Source of the DNA: an uncultured Clostridia bacterium
Lineage (GTDB): Bacteria > Bacillota > Clostridia > Lachnospirales > CAMVHY01
Assembly: GCA_947073045.1 (NCBI GenBank)
Contig: CAMTJU010000005.1
Location: 2,187-66,186 of the forward strand
Reading direction: 5' to 3'
Length of the DNA stretch: 64,000 nucleotides
Position 1 is the first letter of the stretch. Every line of letters starts with the position of its first letter. A model generated the notes under the pieces. That model was not told the DNA's origin. It was given only the letters and a program-made list of their open reading frames with translations, and ran no database searches. The translations under genes and the position numbers were made by a program. Of the stretch, positions 21,575 through 34,188 are shown in pieces.

Positions 21575-22456
21575 TTAAGCCTTAGATTTTACTTTGTTAT
21601 TCATTGAAAACCAAATAGAAGTTGCCAGGCAAATAGAAGAATAAGTACCGCAAATTATTCCTATTATTATTGGCAATGAGAAATCTTTTATTGAAGGCAC
21701 GCCTAAAAGATATAAACAAATAATGGATAATAAAGTAGTTATCGAAGTAAAAAGGGAACGGCGCATTGTCTGCATTACACTGGTATTTATCAATTTTACA
21801 TTATCATTTTTAAATTTTAACATATTTTCACGTATACGGTCAAATATAACTATTGTTGCATTTATCGAATATCCGACAATTGTAAGAACAACGGCAATAA
21901 ATGAATAATTAAGCGGTATTCTAAAAATTGCGTAGCTTATAATTGTTATTGCAGAATCATGCATAAGGGCAATGACGGCGCTTGCACCAGTTTTCATGTT
22001 ATGAAAACGGATTGAGACATAAATCATAATTGCGAGGCATGCAAGTAATATAGAAATTACGGCGCTGCGTTGCATTTCATTACTTATTGTCGGACTAATA
22101 TCGGAAATAGTAACAGATTTTTTATCGAAACCATATTTTTGTGCAAGCTCATTAATAAATTTATCACGCACACTTTTTTCAACTGATTTAATTTTTATCA
22201 TTACCTGGTTTGTATTTAAAACACGCTGTACTTGTACAGATGATTGATTTGTAGCATCAGAAACAATTTTTTCAATATCTGTATTTACAAAATCTTTGCC
22301 AATATCAATTTGAATTGAAGTGCCGCCCGAAAATTCCACATCGTAATTAAAAATACCATTGCCATTTAATTTATTGTAAATCATAACTGCGATACCAATG
22401 GCAATTATTATAATGGAAAGCCAAAAAAATTTATTTCTATTTTCTATTATTTTCAT
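21575..22456 (-). CDS. secF: Protein translocase subunit SecF
   Basis: VEFSGGT, GYSINATIVIFDRIREN, RRSLFTS and GTYSSI motifs. Confidence 0.95.
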   Translation of the reverse strand: MKIIENRNKFFWLSIIIIAIGIAVMIYNKLNGNGIFNYDVEFSGGTSIQIDIGKDFVNTDIEKIVSDATNQSSVQVQRVLNTNQVMIKIKSVEKSVRDKFINELAQKYGFDKKSVTISDISPTISNEMQRSAVISILLACLAIMIYVSIRFHNMKTGASAVIALMHDSAITIISYAIFRIPLNYSFIAVVLTIVGYSINATIVIFDRIRENMLKFKNDNVKLINTSVMQTMRRSLFTSITTLLSIICLYLLGVPSIKDFSLPIIIGIICGTYSSICLATSIWFSMNNKVKSKA

Positions 22457-23693
22457 TAGAAGAATCTCCTTTCACTCCAAAAAAAATTGGATTGTTCAAA
22501 CCCATTCCCACTATGTTATTAATAATCAATCTTGTAATTACAAGCGCTGTGAACATTGACACAATAATTCCTAGTGATAAAGTTTGAGAAAAACCTTTGA
22601 TAGGTCCAGAGCCAAAACAATATAAAACTACAGCTGCCAAAAGAGTTGTGATGTTTCCATCAAATATTGCTGAAAAAGCTTTTGAAAATCCTGCTTTAAT
22701 TGAAGCGCGCATACTTTTTTTGTTGTTTAATTCTTCTTTTATTCTTTCAAAAATAATTACGTTTGCGTCAACTGCCATACCTATTGATAAAATAATACCT
22801 GCGATTCCGGGCAATGTTAAAGTAATTCCAAATAAACTCAAAAATGACAAAACAAGTCCAATATAAATTATCAAAGCTATGTCAGCTGCAAATCCTAAAA
22901 TTCTATAAGAAATCAGCATGAACAAAATAACAAGAACGGTACCAATAATTCCAGCAATTAAACTCGAGTTAAGTGCATCAGCTCCAAGTTTTGCTCCTAC
23001 ATTCTCCAAACTTATTACATTTAAATTGAAAGGCAATGAGCCTGCACGAATAAGTGCTGCCAAATCTTCGGCTTCTTGAGATGTGAAATTTCCTGTAATT
23101 GTAGCATTGCCGCCAGTAATTTTTTGCTGAACGGTTGGCATACTTATTATATCGTTGTCCAAGCAAATTAAAATTCTCTTACCAATATTTTTTTCCGTAG
23201 CTTTTTCAAATAATTTTTGACCTTCACTTGTAAATTCAAGTGCAACAACAATATTGGTTTGACCATTTTCTTGTGTAAGTTGCTTGCTTGCATTTTTAAC
23301 TTCTACTCCGTTTAATAAAACATTTCCTTGTTCGTCACGAAAAGTTAATTGAGCAGTTTTACCTATTTCTGAAACAGCTTCTTCCGCATTATCAACTCCA
23401 GGAATATCAACACGAATGCGATTTGTTCCTTGGCTTGCAACTTCTGCTTCGGTAAAATTTTTTCTGTCGAGACGTCCTTGTATTAAAGATTTAGCAGAGT
23501 TGATTTCGTCAACAGTTGGGTCTTTTTTATCAGCTTGATAGATAATAGAAACGCCGCCACGTAAATCCAAACCTTGCTTAATATTTTTAATACTGAACAA
23601 ATTTTTCGAACCGACACCGTAATAAATCAAAAAGCTTATTCCAACAGTTATACAAATAACAAATAGGAATGAAAAAAAATTCTTGACTTTCAT
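22437..23693 (-). CDS. secD: Protein translocase subunit SecD
   Basis: GLDLRGG, RAGSLP, GMAVDANVIIFERIKEE and DGNITT motifs. Confidence 0.96.
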   Translation of the reverse strand: MKVKNFFSFLFVICITVGISFLIYYGVGSKNLFSIKNIKQGLDLRGGVSIIYQADKKDPTVDEINSAKSLIQGRLDRKNFTEAEVASQGTNRIRVDIPGVDNAEEAVSEIGKTAQLTFRDEQGNVLLNGVEVKNASKQLTQENGQTNIVVALEFTSEGQKLFEKATEKNIGKRILICLDNDIISMPTVQQKITGGNATITGNFTSQEAEDLAALIRAGSLPFNLNVISLENVGAKLGADALNSSLIAGIIGTVLVILFMLISYRILGFAADIALIIYIGLVLSFLSLFGITLTLPGIAGIILSIGMAVDANVIIFERIKEELNNKKSMRASIKAGFSKAFSAIFDGNITTLLAAVVLYCFGSGPIKGFSQTLSLGIIVSMFTALVITRLIINNIVGMGLNNPIFFGVKGDSSNENNRK

Positions 23694-23707
23694 TTTTATT
23701 ATTCTCC

Positions 23708-25690
23708 TTATTTAACAGTAATAGTGAAAACATTTTTATCGCCGACAGCAATATTTTTTTCTTCAACTTCAATTTTATAACTATCTGGCAAATTTATAAA
23801 TACAATAGGAGTTATGAGTGAGCTTGCAATTTCTTTGAGTTTATCAAAATCTGCATTAATCAATTTGTCGCCGCATTTAACTTTATCTCCAGTTTTTACA
23901 AAAGATTCAAATCCTTCTCCATTTAAAGACACTGTATCAATACCGAAATGAATTAAAATTTCTAAACCGCTTTGTGCACGAATTGTAATAGCATGTTTTG
24001 TGTCGAACACTTGCAAAACTTCGCCATCAACTGGTGAATTTACAATACCATCGATTGGATTTATTGCAAAACCTTCGCCCAAAACTTTTTTTGCAAATAT
24101 TTCATCTGGAACTTTTTCTAACGGCAATAAATTTCCTGATATAGGTGATACAAAATTTTCACTGCATATCATTATTTTTTCTTTGTCCAAGTTATTGCTT
24201 GCAATAAAATTTTTCATTTGTGTTGCTAAAGAATCAGAATTGGCACCAAAAACAGCTTGAACATTATTTTGTATAATGTTGACGCTAATTGCACCAAGCT
24301 CTTTCAACATAGCTTCATCAATATTTTTAGTGTCTTTAACTTCAATTCTTAAACGTGTTATGCAAGCATCAACGTGTACAATATTTGATTCTCCGCCAAA
24401 AGCTTTTACTAATTTTTCACCAATTTGTGCATTTTCATCTGGATTTTCTTCATTTGATTCTTGAATATCTTCACGACCGGGTGTTTTTATATCAAAAATC
24501 TTTATAGCAAAATAAAATACGATAAAATACAAGAATCCATACGCTAAACCAAAAGCTAATAACCACACAGGTTTTTCGGCAATTTTAAAATTAATGAAAA
24601 AGTCTATTGCACCGGCTGAAAATGAAAATCCATTCCTCATATTAAAAATAGTAGCTAGAGCCATTGACAAACCTGTTAAAAATGCATGAATTAAAAATAA
24701 AAGTGGTGAGATAAAAATAAAAGTAAACTCTACTGGCTCAGTTATACCTGTTAAAAAACTTGTGAGAGCTGCTCCCATCAATAAGCCTGAAATTTTTTTA
24801 CGATTTTCTTTTTTTGAAGCCAGAATCATTGCAAAACATGCGCCAGGCAATCCAAACATCATTATTGGGAAAAGACCAGCTTGGAACATTCCAGCTGTTG
24901 GGTCTCCATTTAAGAATCTAGGTATATCGCCCATAAAGTGACCTAAATTATTTGTGAATTCTCCAAATACAAACCATATGTATGTATTTATAATGTGGTG
25001 CAAGCCAAAAGGAATTAACAATCTTCCTACAAATCCAAAAATACCTGCTCCCAGTGCACCTAAGTGACTAATAAATATTGCAAATGCATCAATACCGTTT
25101 TGAACTGGTGGCCATATATAATTAAATACCAATGCTAAAATAATCATCCACAAAGATGTAACAATAGGGATGAATCTTTTTCCCGAGAAAAATCCAAGAA
25201 AGTCTGGAAATTGTACATCTTTATATTTGTTATATAACAATCCAGCTACTATACCGACAATGATACCTGCAAAAATTTTCATATCTACTTTTGCAACAAG
25301 GTCAGTTGCTTCATGAATCGAATTTACTGTGGCTGTATAGTCATTATTAAATTGCAATAATTCCGTTACGACAGATGCAAGCTTCTTTTTTAATTCTTGA
25401 TTTGTATAATTTGCGCTTAAAGCTTTTAAACCATTTGTTAAAACTAAATAACCAATGGCACCTGAAAGACCGGCAGCTCCATTTTCATCATCTGCCAAAC
25501 CTATTGCAATACCAATGGCAAAAATAATAGGTAGATTATCAAAAATAGCACTGCCTGCCATATGCATTAGGGGAATATTAAAAACATCTGCTGCCCCCAA
25601 TCTTAATAAAAGTCCTGCTGCAGGCATTACAGCTATAGGAAGCATTAAAGATTTTCCTATGCGCTGTAAAAATGAATAAATTTTGTTCAT
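23708..25690 (-). CDS. nagE: PTS N-acetylglucosamine/glucose-family EIICBA
   Basis: QRIGKSLMLPIAVMPAAG and GITEPVEF (IIC), DACITRLR (IIB), LIHFGIDTV (IIA). Confidence 0.88.
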   Translation of the reverse strand: MNKIYSFLQRIGKSLMLPIAVMPAAGLLLRLGAADVFNIPLMHMAGSAIFDNLPIIFAIGIAIGLADDENGAAGLSGAIGYLVLTNGLKALSANYTNQELKKKLASVVTELLQFNNDYTATVNSIHEATDLVAKVDMKIFAGIIVGIVAGLLYNKYKDVQFPDFLGFFSGKRFIPIVTSLWMIILALVFNYIWPPVQNGIDAFAIFISHLGALGAGIFGFVGRLLIPFGLHHIINTYIWFVFGEFTNNLGHFMGDIPRFLNGDPTAGMFQAGLFPIMMFGLPGACFAMILASKKENRKKISGLLMGAALTSFLTGITEPVEFTFIFISPLLFLIHAFLTGLSMALATIFNMRNGFSFSAGAIDFFINFKIAEKPVWLLAFGLAYGFLYFIVFYFAIKIFDIKTPGREDIQESNEENPDENAQIGEKLVKAFGGESNIVHVDACITRLRIEVKDTKNIDEAMLKELGAISVNIIQNNVQAVFGANSDSLATQMKNFIASNNLDKEKIMICSENFVSPISGNLLPLEKVPDEIFAKKVLGEGFAINPIDGIVNSPVDGEVLQVFDTKHAITIRAQSGLEILIHFGIDTVSLNGEGFESFVKTGDKVKCGDKLINADFDKLKEIASSLITPIVFINLPDSYKIEVEEKNIAVGDKNVFTITVK

Positions 25691-25752
25691 TAAAAAAACC
25701 TCCTAAAATAATTAATTAAACCGTTAAATAATAACACATATTAGTAAAATAA

Positions 25753-26598
25753 TCAATCGAATCTATCAAATCCATTACCAATAATTCTTGATGAATTTGT
25801 AATGGTAATAAAAGCGTGCTCATCTACAGATTTTATATAATTTTGCAAATTTGCAGCTTGACTTCTAGATAATATTGTTGTTATAACATCATGTTCTTTT
25901 TGAGTAAATGCGCCATATGCTTTGTGAATTGTTGCACCGCGTTTAAGTTTATCACAAATATATTTTTTAATTTTATCGCCGTGATTAGTGACAATAACTA
26001 AAATTTTAAACACGTGAATATTTTCCATAAACGAATCCAATACAAAAGATTTAAGGCAAACTCCCAGTACTGAAAACAAACACGTTTCAACACCAAATAC
26101 CAAACCAGTTGAAAATGCAATAATAAAATCGATTATGAGCATTGAAATACTAATTTTAATTTTAAACAATTTGCTGATTATCTTACCTAAAATATCTGTT
26201 CCGCCTGTTGTTGAATTATAACTAAAAACAATTGCATTGCCTATACCGGGTAAAAAAACACTGTAAATCAATTCCATTAATTTTTGATTTGTAAGAGTAT
26301 GATTGAGTGGAAAAATTAAATCCAAAAGCCATACCATTAATGAGAGGACAAAAGAACCATAGATTGTATTAATAGTAAATTTTTTACCGAGAATAAAATA
26401 GCCAAAGAAAAGGAATACAAAATTTAATAAAAACATTAAAATTCCGACAGATGCATTTGAAAAATAATGCAAAACGAGAATAGAAATACCACTTGTGCCA
26501 CCTAATGCAAAATGATTTGGAGTTTTAAAAAGATGAATATCAAGCGCGATTAAAAGCATGCCAAAGTTAACAAACCAAAATTCTTTATTAATCCTCAT
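25753..26598 (-). CDS. YitT family membrane protein
   Basis: GGTSGISI, STTGGTDI, RGAT and DEHAFITI motifs. Confidence 0.9.
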   Translation of the reverse strand: MRINKEFWFVNFGMLLIALDIHLFKTPNHFALGGTSGISILVLHYFSNASVGILMFLLNFVFLFFGYFILGKKFTINTIYGSFVLSLMVWLLDLIFPLNHTLTNQKLMELIYSVFLPGIGNAIVFSYNSTTGGTDILGKIISKLFKIKISISMLIIDFIIAFSTGLVFGVETCLFSVLGVCLKSFVLDSFMENIHVFKILVIVTNHGDKIKKYICDKLKRGATIHKAYGAFTQKEHDVITTILSRSQAANLQNYIKSVDEHAFITITNSSRIIGNGFDRFD

Positions 26599-26613
26599 TC
26601 TTTATTTATCCTC

Positions 26614-27123
26614 CTAGTTTAAATTGTTGTAATTGAAATTTACAAATGCAAGTGACGGGAAAATTTTAAGCAAAACTTTTGCCTCAATACAAGATTTTTT
26701 AATTGGACCAAAATTTCTGCTATCATAACTTGTAATTCTGTTATCGCCCATTATGAAATATTCATCCTCAGCCAAAATCAAATCAATTTTTCCATCTGTG
26801 CTATTAATTACATATGGCTCGTCCAAAATATTATTATTAACTTTGACCAGATTATCATAAATAATAATATGTTCGCCGGGCAACGCAATTATTCTTTTAA
26901 TAATTGATTTGCTGTCGAATTTACAAACAATGACATCGCCGCGTTTTAACAAATTAAATTTTGAAAGTAGGCGTGAAACAATTATTCTATCATTATTTTG
27001 AAAAGTGTTTTGCATAGAATTACCTTGAATTTTAAAAGGAAACGCAAACAAAAATAAAAATAGGCCAAGTGCAAATAAAAAAATTAAAAATTTGCCTTGC
27101 TTTTTAAAAAATTTCATAATCAT
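26614..27123 (-). CDS. lepB: Signal peptidase I
   Basis: GNSM (Ser), IKRIIALPG (Lys) and MGDNR..SYDSR.FG motifs. Confidence 0.93.
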   Translation of the reverse strand: MIMKFFKKQGKFLIFLFALGLFLFLFAFPFKIQGNSMQNTFQNNDRIIVSRLLSKFNLLKRGDVIVCKFDSKSIIKRIIALPGEHIIIYDNLVKVNNNILDEPYVINSTDGKIDLILAEDEYFIMGDNRITSYDSRNFGPIKKSCIEAKVLLKIFPSLAFVNFNYNNLN

Positions 27124-27240
27124 TATTTATCATTTCTCCAAATATTTTTTTATATTTTTTATATATTATAACTCTAAAGCAAAAAAAATTATTAATAATG
27201 TTATACTATGAAAAAAATAAAAGTAAATGGAGTATAAGCG

Positions 27241-27846
27241 ATGAATAAAAAAGTTTGCCATATAATTGGTGCAGGGGAATTTGAAAAATTTTCGTATTTA
27301 GAAAATGATTTCATAATTGCAGTAGACGGCGGATATGAACATATAAAAAAAATTGGGATTAAACCCAATCTTTTAATTGGCGATTTTGATTCCATAAAAA
27401 ACATCCCGCATGATATAAAAAAAATATGTTTGCCAACAAAAAAAGATTTTACGGATACATACGCGGCAATCCAAGAAGGAATTAAATATGGCTGCGAAAT
27501 TTTTCACATACATGGTGGTACGGGCGCAAGATTTGCTCACACAATTGCAAATATGCAACTTCTTGCAGATATGTCACAAAAAAAATTTGCAACATATTTG
27601 CATGGGAGAAATTTTACTGCAACGGCTATAACGAACGATAAAATTTTATTTGATGAATCGCAAAAAGGATACATTTCAATATTTTCGCATACAGATAAAT
27701 CATTTGGTGTTAACATAATTGGTTTGAAGTATGAATTAAAAAATGCTGTTTTGACAAATAAATTCCCGCTTGGTGTAAGCAATGAGTTTTTGCAAAAACA
27801 AAGTTTAATTTCTGTTGAAAGAGGAACTTTAATTTTGATTTATTGA
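27241..27846 (+). CDS. thiN: Thiamine diphosphokinase
   Basis: AVDGG, IGDFDS, KDFTDT and LGVSNEF motifs. Confidence 0.92.
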   Translation: MNKKVCHIIGAGEFEKFSYLENDFIIAVDGGYEHIKKIGIKPNLLIGDFDSIKNIPHDIKKICLPTKKDFTDTYAAIQEGIKYGCEIFHIHGGTGARFAHTIANMQLLADMSQKKFATYLHGRNFTATAITNDKILFDESQKGYISIFSHTDKSFGVNIIGLKYELKNAVLTNKFPLGVSNEFLQKQSLISVERGTLILIY

Positions 27847-27959
27847 ATAATTTTGTTGCCATGAATAAAAATAAAAAAGTGTGTGCAAAAAAATTTATTT
27901 GATTTATTTTGATTAATAATGCAAATATTGATGCTGTGAATTATTTACAAAAGTTTTTC

Positions 27960-27988
27960 TTGACAAATGTTTCATTAAATGTTAAAAT
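27960..27988 (+). promoter_or_regulatory. Sigma-A promoter of grpE-dnaK
   Basis: TTGACA-17bp-TAAAAT with TG extension. Confidence 0.85.
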
Positions 27989-27999
27989 TAATTTTGTAA

Positions 28000-28026
28000 T
28001 TAGCACTCGAACAATTTGAGTGCTAA
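28000..28026 (+). promoter_or_regulatory. CIRCE element (HrcA operator)
   Basis: Perfect TTAGCACTC-N9-GAGTGCTAA just upstream of grpE. Confidence 0.97.
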
Positions 28027-28057
28027 CAACAAAGGAAAAAGATGGGAGGTATTTGCA

Positions 28058-28618
28058 TTGGCGGCGAACGAAGAGAAAAAATCAACTATAAAAGAAAAAC
28101 TGGCAAAGAAAAAATTATCTCAAATTCCTAATGTAAAGAAAGAATCTCACAAAGAAAATGTTGATGAATTAAAAAAATCTTTTGCTGAAAAAGAAACTCA
28201 ATGTAAAAATTTATTTGATAGCCTTCAAAGAACAATGGCGGAATTTGATAATTTTCGCAAGCGTACTGAAAAAGAAAAATTAAATATTTATGGTAATGCT
28301 GTTTGCGAAACTATCGAAAAAATTTTGCCCGTTTTGGATAATCTCGAACGTGCGCTAAGTTCTATCAGTGATAAAGAAAGTAATTATTATAAAGGAATCG
28401 AAATGGTTGTTAAGCAATTTGTTTGTGTATTAGAAGATTTAGGTGTAAAAGCTATAAAGATTGAACCAGGTGAGGATTTCAATCATGAGTTGCATTGCGC
28501 AGTTGCTCATGTTGAAGATGAAAATCTTGGTGAAAATCAAATTGTAGATGAGCTCGAAAAAGGTTACAAGTATAAAGATAAGGTAATTAGGTATAGCAAA
28601 GTCAGAGTTGCTAACTAA
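28058..28618 (+). CDS. grpE: Nucleotide exchange factor GrpE
   Basis: AEFDNFRKR, LPVLDNLERAL and KGY...KVIR motifs. TTG start at 28058 after GGGAGG; the ORF-track start lies inside CIRCE. Confidence 0.95.
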   Translation: MAANEEKKSTIKEKLAKKKLSQIPNVKKESHKENVDELKKSFAEKETQCKNLFDSLQRTMAEFDNFRKRTEKEKLNIYGNAVCETIEKILPVLDNLERALSSISDKESNYYKGIEMVVKQFVCVLEDLGVKAIKIEPGEDFNHELHCAVAHVEDENLGENQIVDELEKGYKYKDKVIRYSKVRVAN

Positions 28619-28628
28619 ACTAAAATAA

Positions 28629-30527
<1,899 letters not shown>

Positions 30528-30683
30528 AATTTTAATTTTCTTTAGAAAAAAGTAATTATAGGTAACTCATATTGAGCTGCTTTATTTACCATGTAATTGT
30601 TTTGCATAGGCAATTTTTTTGTGTTATAATAATAACCGCTTTCTATTTGCAAAAAAATAATTTTGTAGGAGGTTTTTGTTTTT

Positions 30684-33308
30684 ATGAAATATGTTTATAT
30701 GTTTTCTGAGGGTGATGCCTCAATGAGAAATTTACTCGGTGGCAAAGGTGCTAACTTAGCTGAAATGACTAAGCTTGGTTTGCCTATACCTCAGGGTTTT
30801 ATTGTCACTACTGAAGCTTGTACAAGCTATAATTCTTCAGGTAAAGTTTTGAGCAGCGAAATAAAGACTCAAATTGATGAGGCAATCAAAAAACTTGAAG
30901 AAATTACTGGTAAAACTTTAGGTAGTGTTGAAAATCCATTGTTAGTTTCTGTACGTTCTGGAGCTCGTGTATCTATGCCAGGTATGATGGATACTGTCTT
31001 GAATTTGGGATTAAATGACGACACTGTTGAAGCTTTGGCAAAAGCTACTGACAATCCTAGATTTGCTTATGATTCATATCGTCGTTTTATTATGATGTTT
31101 GCGGATGTCGTAATTGGTGTTTCGAAATCTAAGTTTGAACGTACTCTTGATGCTTATAAAGAAGAAAGAAATTATAAATCAGATTTAGATTTAACAGTTG
31201 ACGACTTGAAAACAGTTGTTAATGAATTCAAGAAAATATATAAAGATGACCAAAGAAAGGATTTTCCATCTGATGCAAAAGAACAACTATATGAAGCAAT
31301 TTGTGCAGTATTTCGTTCATGGGATAATCCACGTGCATTTGTTTACCGCCGTATGAATGATATTCCATATGAGTGGGGAACAGCTGTAAATGTTCAAGCA
31401 ATGGTTTTTGGAAATATGGGCGAAACTTCCGGAACTGGTGTTGTATTTACCAGAAATGCTGCTACTGGTGAAAACAAAATTTATGGTGAATATATGATGA
31501 ATGCGCAAGGTGAAGACGTTGTTGCAGGTGTCAGAACTCCTAAGCCATTTGAAGAGTTAGGACAAGAAATGCCACAAATTTATAGTGAGTTTACAAAGTA
31601 CGCAAAGACTTTGGAAAATCATTACAAAGATATGCAAGATATGGAGATTACAATCGAAAAAGGAAAACTTTACTTCCTGCAGACTCGTAATGGTAAAAGA
31701 ACAGCAAATGCCGCTTTGCAAATAGCAGTTGATATGGTAAATGAAGGATTAATTACGAAAGAAGAAGCTTTATTAAAAGTTGAGCCTAAACAATTGGATC
31801 AATTGCTTCATCCAATGTTTGACCCAAGCGCATTAAAAGCGGCTAAGCCAATTGGTAAAGCATTGCCTGCATCTCCTGGAGCTGCAGCAGGAAAAGTATG
31901 TTTTTCGGCTGAAGACGCAAAAAATTTAGCAGCTAATGGTGAACGTGTAATTTTAGTTCGTCTGGAAACCTCACCTGAAGATATTGAAGGTATGGTTGTA
32001 GCGCAAGGCGTTTTGACAGTACGTGGCGGAATGACTTCTCATGCTGCAGTAGTTGCAAGAGGTATGGGAAGATGTTGCGTATCTGGATGCGAAGAAATTA
32101 AAATGAATGAAGAAGAAAAATATTTTGTTCTCGCTGGACGCACTATTAAAGAAGGAGATTATATTTCTCTTGATGGTTCGACTGGTAATATTTATGGTGA
32201 AGATATAAAAACAATGCCACCACAAATTTCAGGTAATTTTGCTACATTTATGCAATGGGCAGATGAAGTTCGTACGCTTGGAATAAGAACTAATGCAGAT
32301 ACTCCTCAAGATGCAGCAAAAGCTTTAGAATTTGGAGCAGAAGGAATCGGTCTTACGAGAACAGAGCATATGTTTTTTGATGAAGCTCGTATTCCTAAAA
32401 TGCGTAAAATGATTTTATCTGATACTGTTGACGAAAGAAAGGCTGCACTTGAAGAATTGTTGCCGATGCAAAAGCAAGACTTTATTGGAATTTATGAAGC
32501 AATGAAAGGATTGCCAGTTACAATACGTTTATTGGATCCACCGCTTCATGAATTTTTACCGACTGACGATGAAGACTTCAAGGCATTAGCAAATGAAATG
32601 GGTAAAACTTTTGAGGAACTTAAAATAAAAGCTGCTGCACTTCATGAATTAAATCCAATGATGGGACATCGTGGTTGCCGTTTGGCAGTAAGTTATCCTG
32701 AAATTGCGCAAATGCAAACGCGCGCCATTTTAGAAGCTGCAATTGAAGTTAAGAAAAACAAAGGTTATGACATTGTTCCGGAGATAATGATTCCTTTGGT
32801 TGTTGAAATAAAAGAATTACGTTACGTAAAAAATATAATCGACGAAACTGCTAAAGATGTTTTTGAAAAAGCTGGTATGACTTTAAATTATCACGTTGGT
32901 ACAATGATTGAGATGCCACGTGCAGCTTTAACTGCTGACGAAATTGCTCAAGAAGCTGAGTTTTTCTCATTTGGTACAAATGACTTAACTCAATTGACAT
33001 TTGGATTGTCGCGTGATGACGCCGGCCGTATTTTAAATGATTATATTGAGAAAAATATTTTTGAATGCGATCCGACAGCTCGTCTTGATCAAAAAGGTGT
33101 TGGACAATTAGTTCAAATTGCAGTAGAAAAAGGACGCCGGACTCGTCCTGATATTAAACTTGGAATTTGTGGAGAACATGGTGGCGATCCATCTTCAATA
33201 GAATTTTGTCATCGCGTAGGTTTAAATTATGTATCATGTTCGCCATTTAGAGTTCCAATTGCAAGACTTGCTGCTGCACAAGCTGCAATAATCAATACTA
33301 AAAAATAA
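30684..33308 (+). CDS. ppdK: Pyruvate, phosphate dikinase
   Basis: LLGGKGANLAEM, SMPGMMDT, GGMTSHAAVVARG and CGEHGG motifs. Confidence 0.98.
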   Translation: MKYVYMFSEGDASMRNLLGGKGANLAEMTKLGLPIPQGFIVTTEACTSYNSSGKVLSSEIKTQIDEAIKKLEEITGKTLGSVENPLLVSVRSGARVSMPGMMDTVLNLGLNDDTVEALAKATDNPRFAYDSYRRFIMMFADVVIGVSKSKFERTLDAYKEERNYKSDLDLTVDDLKTVVNEFKKIYKDDQRKDFPSDAKEQLYEAICAVFRSWDNPRAFVYRRMNDIPYEWGTAVNVQAMVFGNMGETSGTGVVFTRNAATGENKIYGEYMMNAQGEDVVAGVRTPKPFEELGQEMPQIYSEFTKYAKTLENHYKDMQDMEITIEKGKLYFLQTRNGKRTANAALQIAVDMVNEGLITKEEALLKVEPKQLDQLLHPMFDPSALKAAKPIGKALPASPGAAAGKVCFSAEDAKNLAANGERVILVRLETSPEDIEGMVVAQGVLTVRGGMTSHAAVVARGMGRCCVSGCEEIKMNEEEKYFVLAGRTIKEGDYISLDGSTGNIYGEDIKTMPPQISGNFATFMQWADEVRTLGIRTNADTPQDAAKALEFGAEGIGLTRTEHMFFDEARIPKMRKMILSDTVDERKAALEELLPMQKQDFIGIYEAMKGLPVTIRLLDPPLHEFLPTDDEDFKALANEMGKTFEELKIKAAALHELNPMMGHRGCRLAVSYPEIAQMQTRAILEAAIEVKKNKGYDIVPEIMIPLVVEIKELRYVKNIIDETAKDVFEKAGMTLNYHVGTMIEMPRAALTADEIAQEAEFFSFGTNDLTQLTFGLSRDDAGRILNDYIEKNIFECDPTARLDQKGVGQLVQIAVEKGRRTRPDIKLGICGEHGGDPSSIEFCHRVGLNYVSCSPFRVPIARLAAAQAAIINTKK

Positions 33309-33422
33309 GTTGCTTGAGTAACACAGCACATACAAATGAAAAAATGGTGGGTAATGTAATCAAAATTAATTTGATTCTTATCCGCCATCTTTTTATAATA
33401 AATAATAAATAAAAGAGGAGAA

Positions 33423-34064
33423 ATGAAAATGAAAGTTATGTTAGTCAATGGAAGTCCGCGCAAAGAAGGTTGTACATATACAGCACTTTGCGAAGTAGCA
33501 AATGCTCTAAATAAAGAAGGTATCAAAACAGAGATTTTTTGGATTGGAAATAAACCGATTGGAGGTTGCATTGCCTGTATGAAATGCAGGGAAACAGGAA
33601 ATTGTGTATTTGATGATGTGGTAAATGTCTTCCGCCAAAAAGCATATGAAGCAGACGGATTTATTTTTGGCAGTCCAGTACATTATGCTGCAGCTAGCGG
33701 CAATATAACGGCATTTATGGATCGACTGTTTTATTCGGAATTTGGCGGCAATAAAAATAAAGCATTTTATATGAAGCCGGCTGCAGCTGTTATTTCTGCA
33801 CGTCGTGCCGGTACAACTGCAACTTTTGATCAACTTAATAAATATTTTACGATACAAGAAATGCCAATTGTTTCATCACGTTACTGGAATATGGTGCATG
33901 GCACAAATCCAGAGCAGGTGCAACAGGATGCTGAAGGACTTTATACTATGAGAGTGTTGGGAAGAAATATGGCATATTTTTTGAAATGTCAAGAGGCTGC
34001 TTGCAATGCTGGAATTTCATTACCTGAACGTGAAGAGGCGATTTTTACAAATTTTATTCGTTAG
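33423..34064 (+). CDS. Flavodoxin-like iron-sulfur flavoprotein / NADPH-dependent FMN reductase family
   Basis: NGSPR..G.T, CIACMKC...GNC Cys cluster and GSPVHY motifs. Confidence 0.88.
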   Translation: MKMKVMLVNGSPRKEGCTYTALCEVANALNKEGIKTEIFWIGNKPIGGCIACMKCRETGNCVFDDVVNVFRQKAYEADGFIFGSPVHYAAASGNITAFMDRLFYSEFGGNKNKAFYMKPAAAVISARRAGTTATFDQLNKYFTIQEMPIVSSRYWNMVHGTNPEQVQQDAEGLYTMRVLGRNMAYFLKCQEAACNAGISLPEREEAIFTNFIR

Positions 34065-34121
34065 AATCAATCAAAAATAAATTAAGATTTACAATCTAAA
34101 TTTTAAAATTTTTGTGATGAC

Positions 34122-34149
34122 TTGATAATTGTTAGAAAAATGATATAAT
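34122..34149 (+). promoter_or_regulatory. Sigma-A promoter of the orphan gene
   Basis: TTGATA-16bp-TATAAT with TG extension. Confidence 0.6.
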
Positions 34150-34188
34150 AAAAATGTTAATATGATAAAAAAAGGAAAGGTGATATTT

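Noticed and set aside
28016-28057. Longer grpE N-terminus given by the ORF track
   Set aside because: That start lies inside the CIRCE operator; the RBS supports TTG 28058
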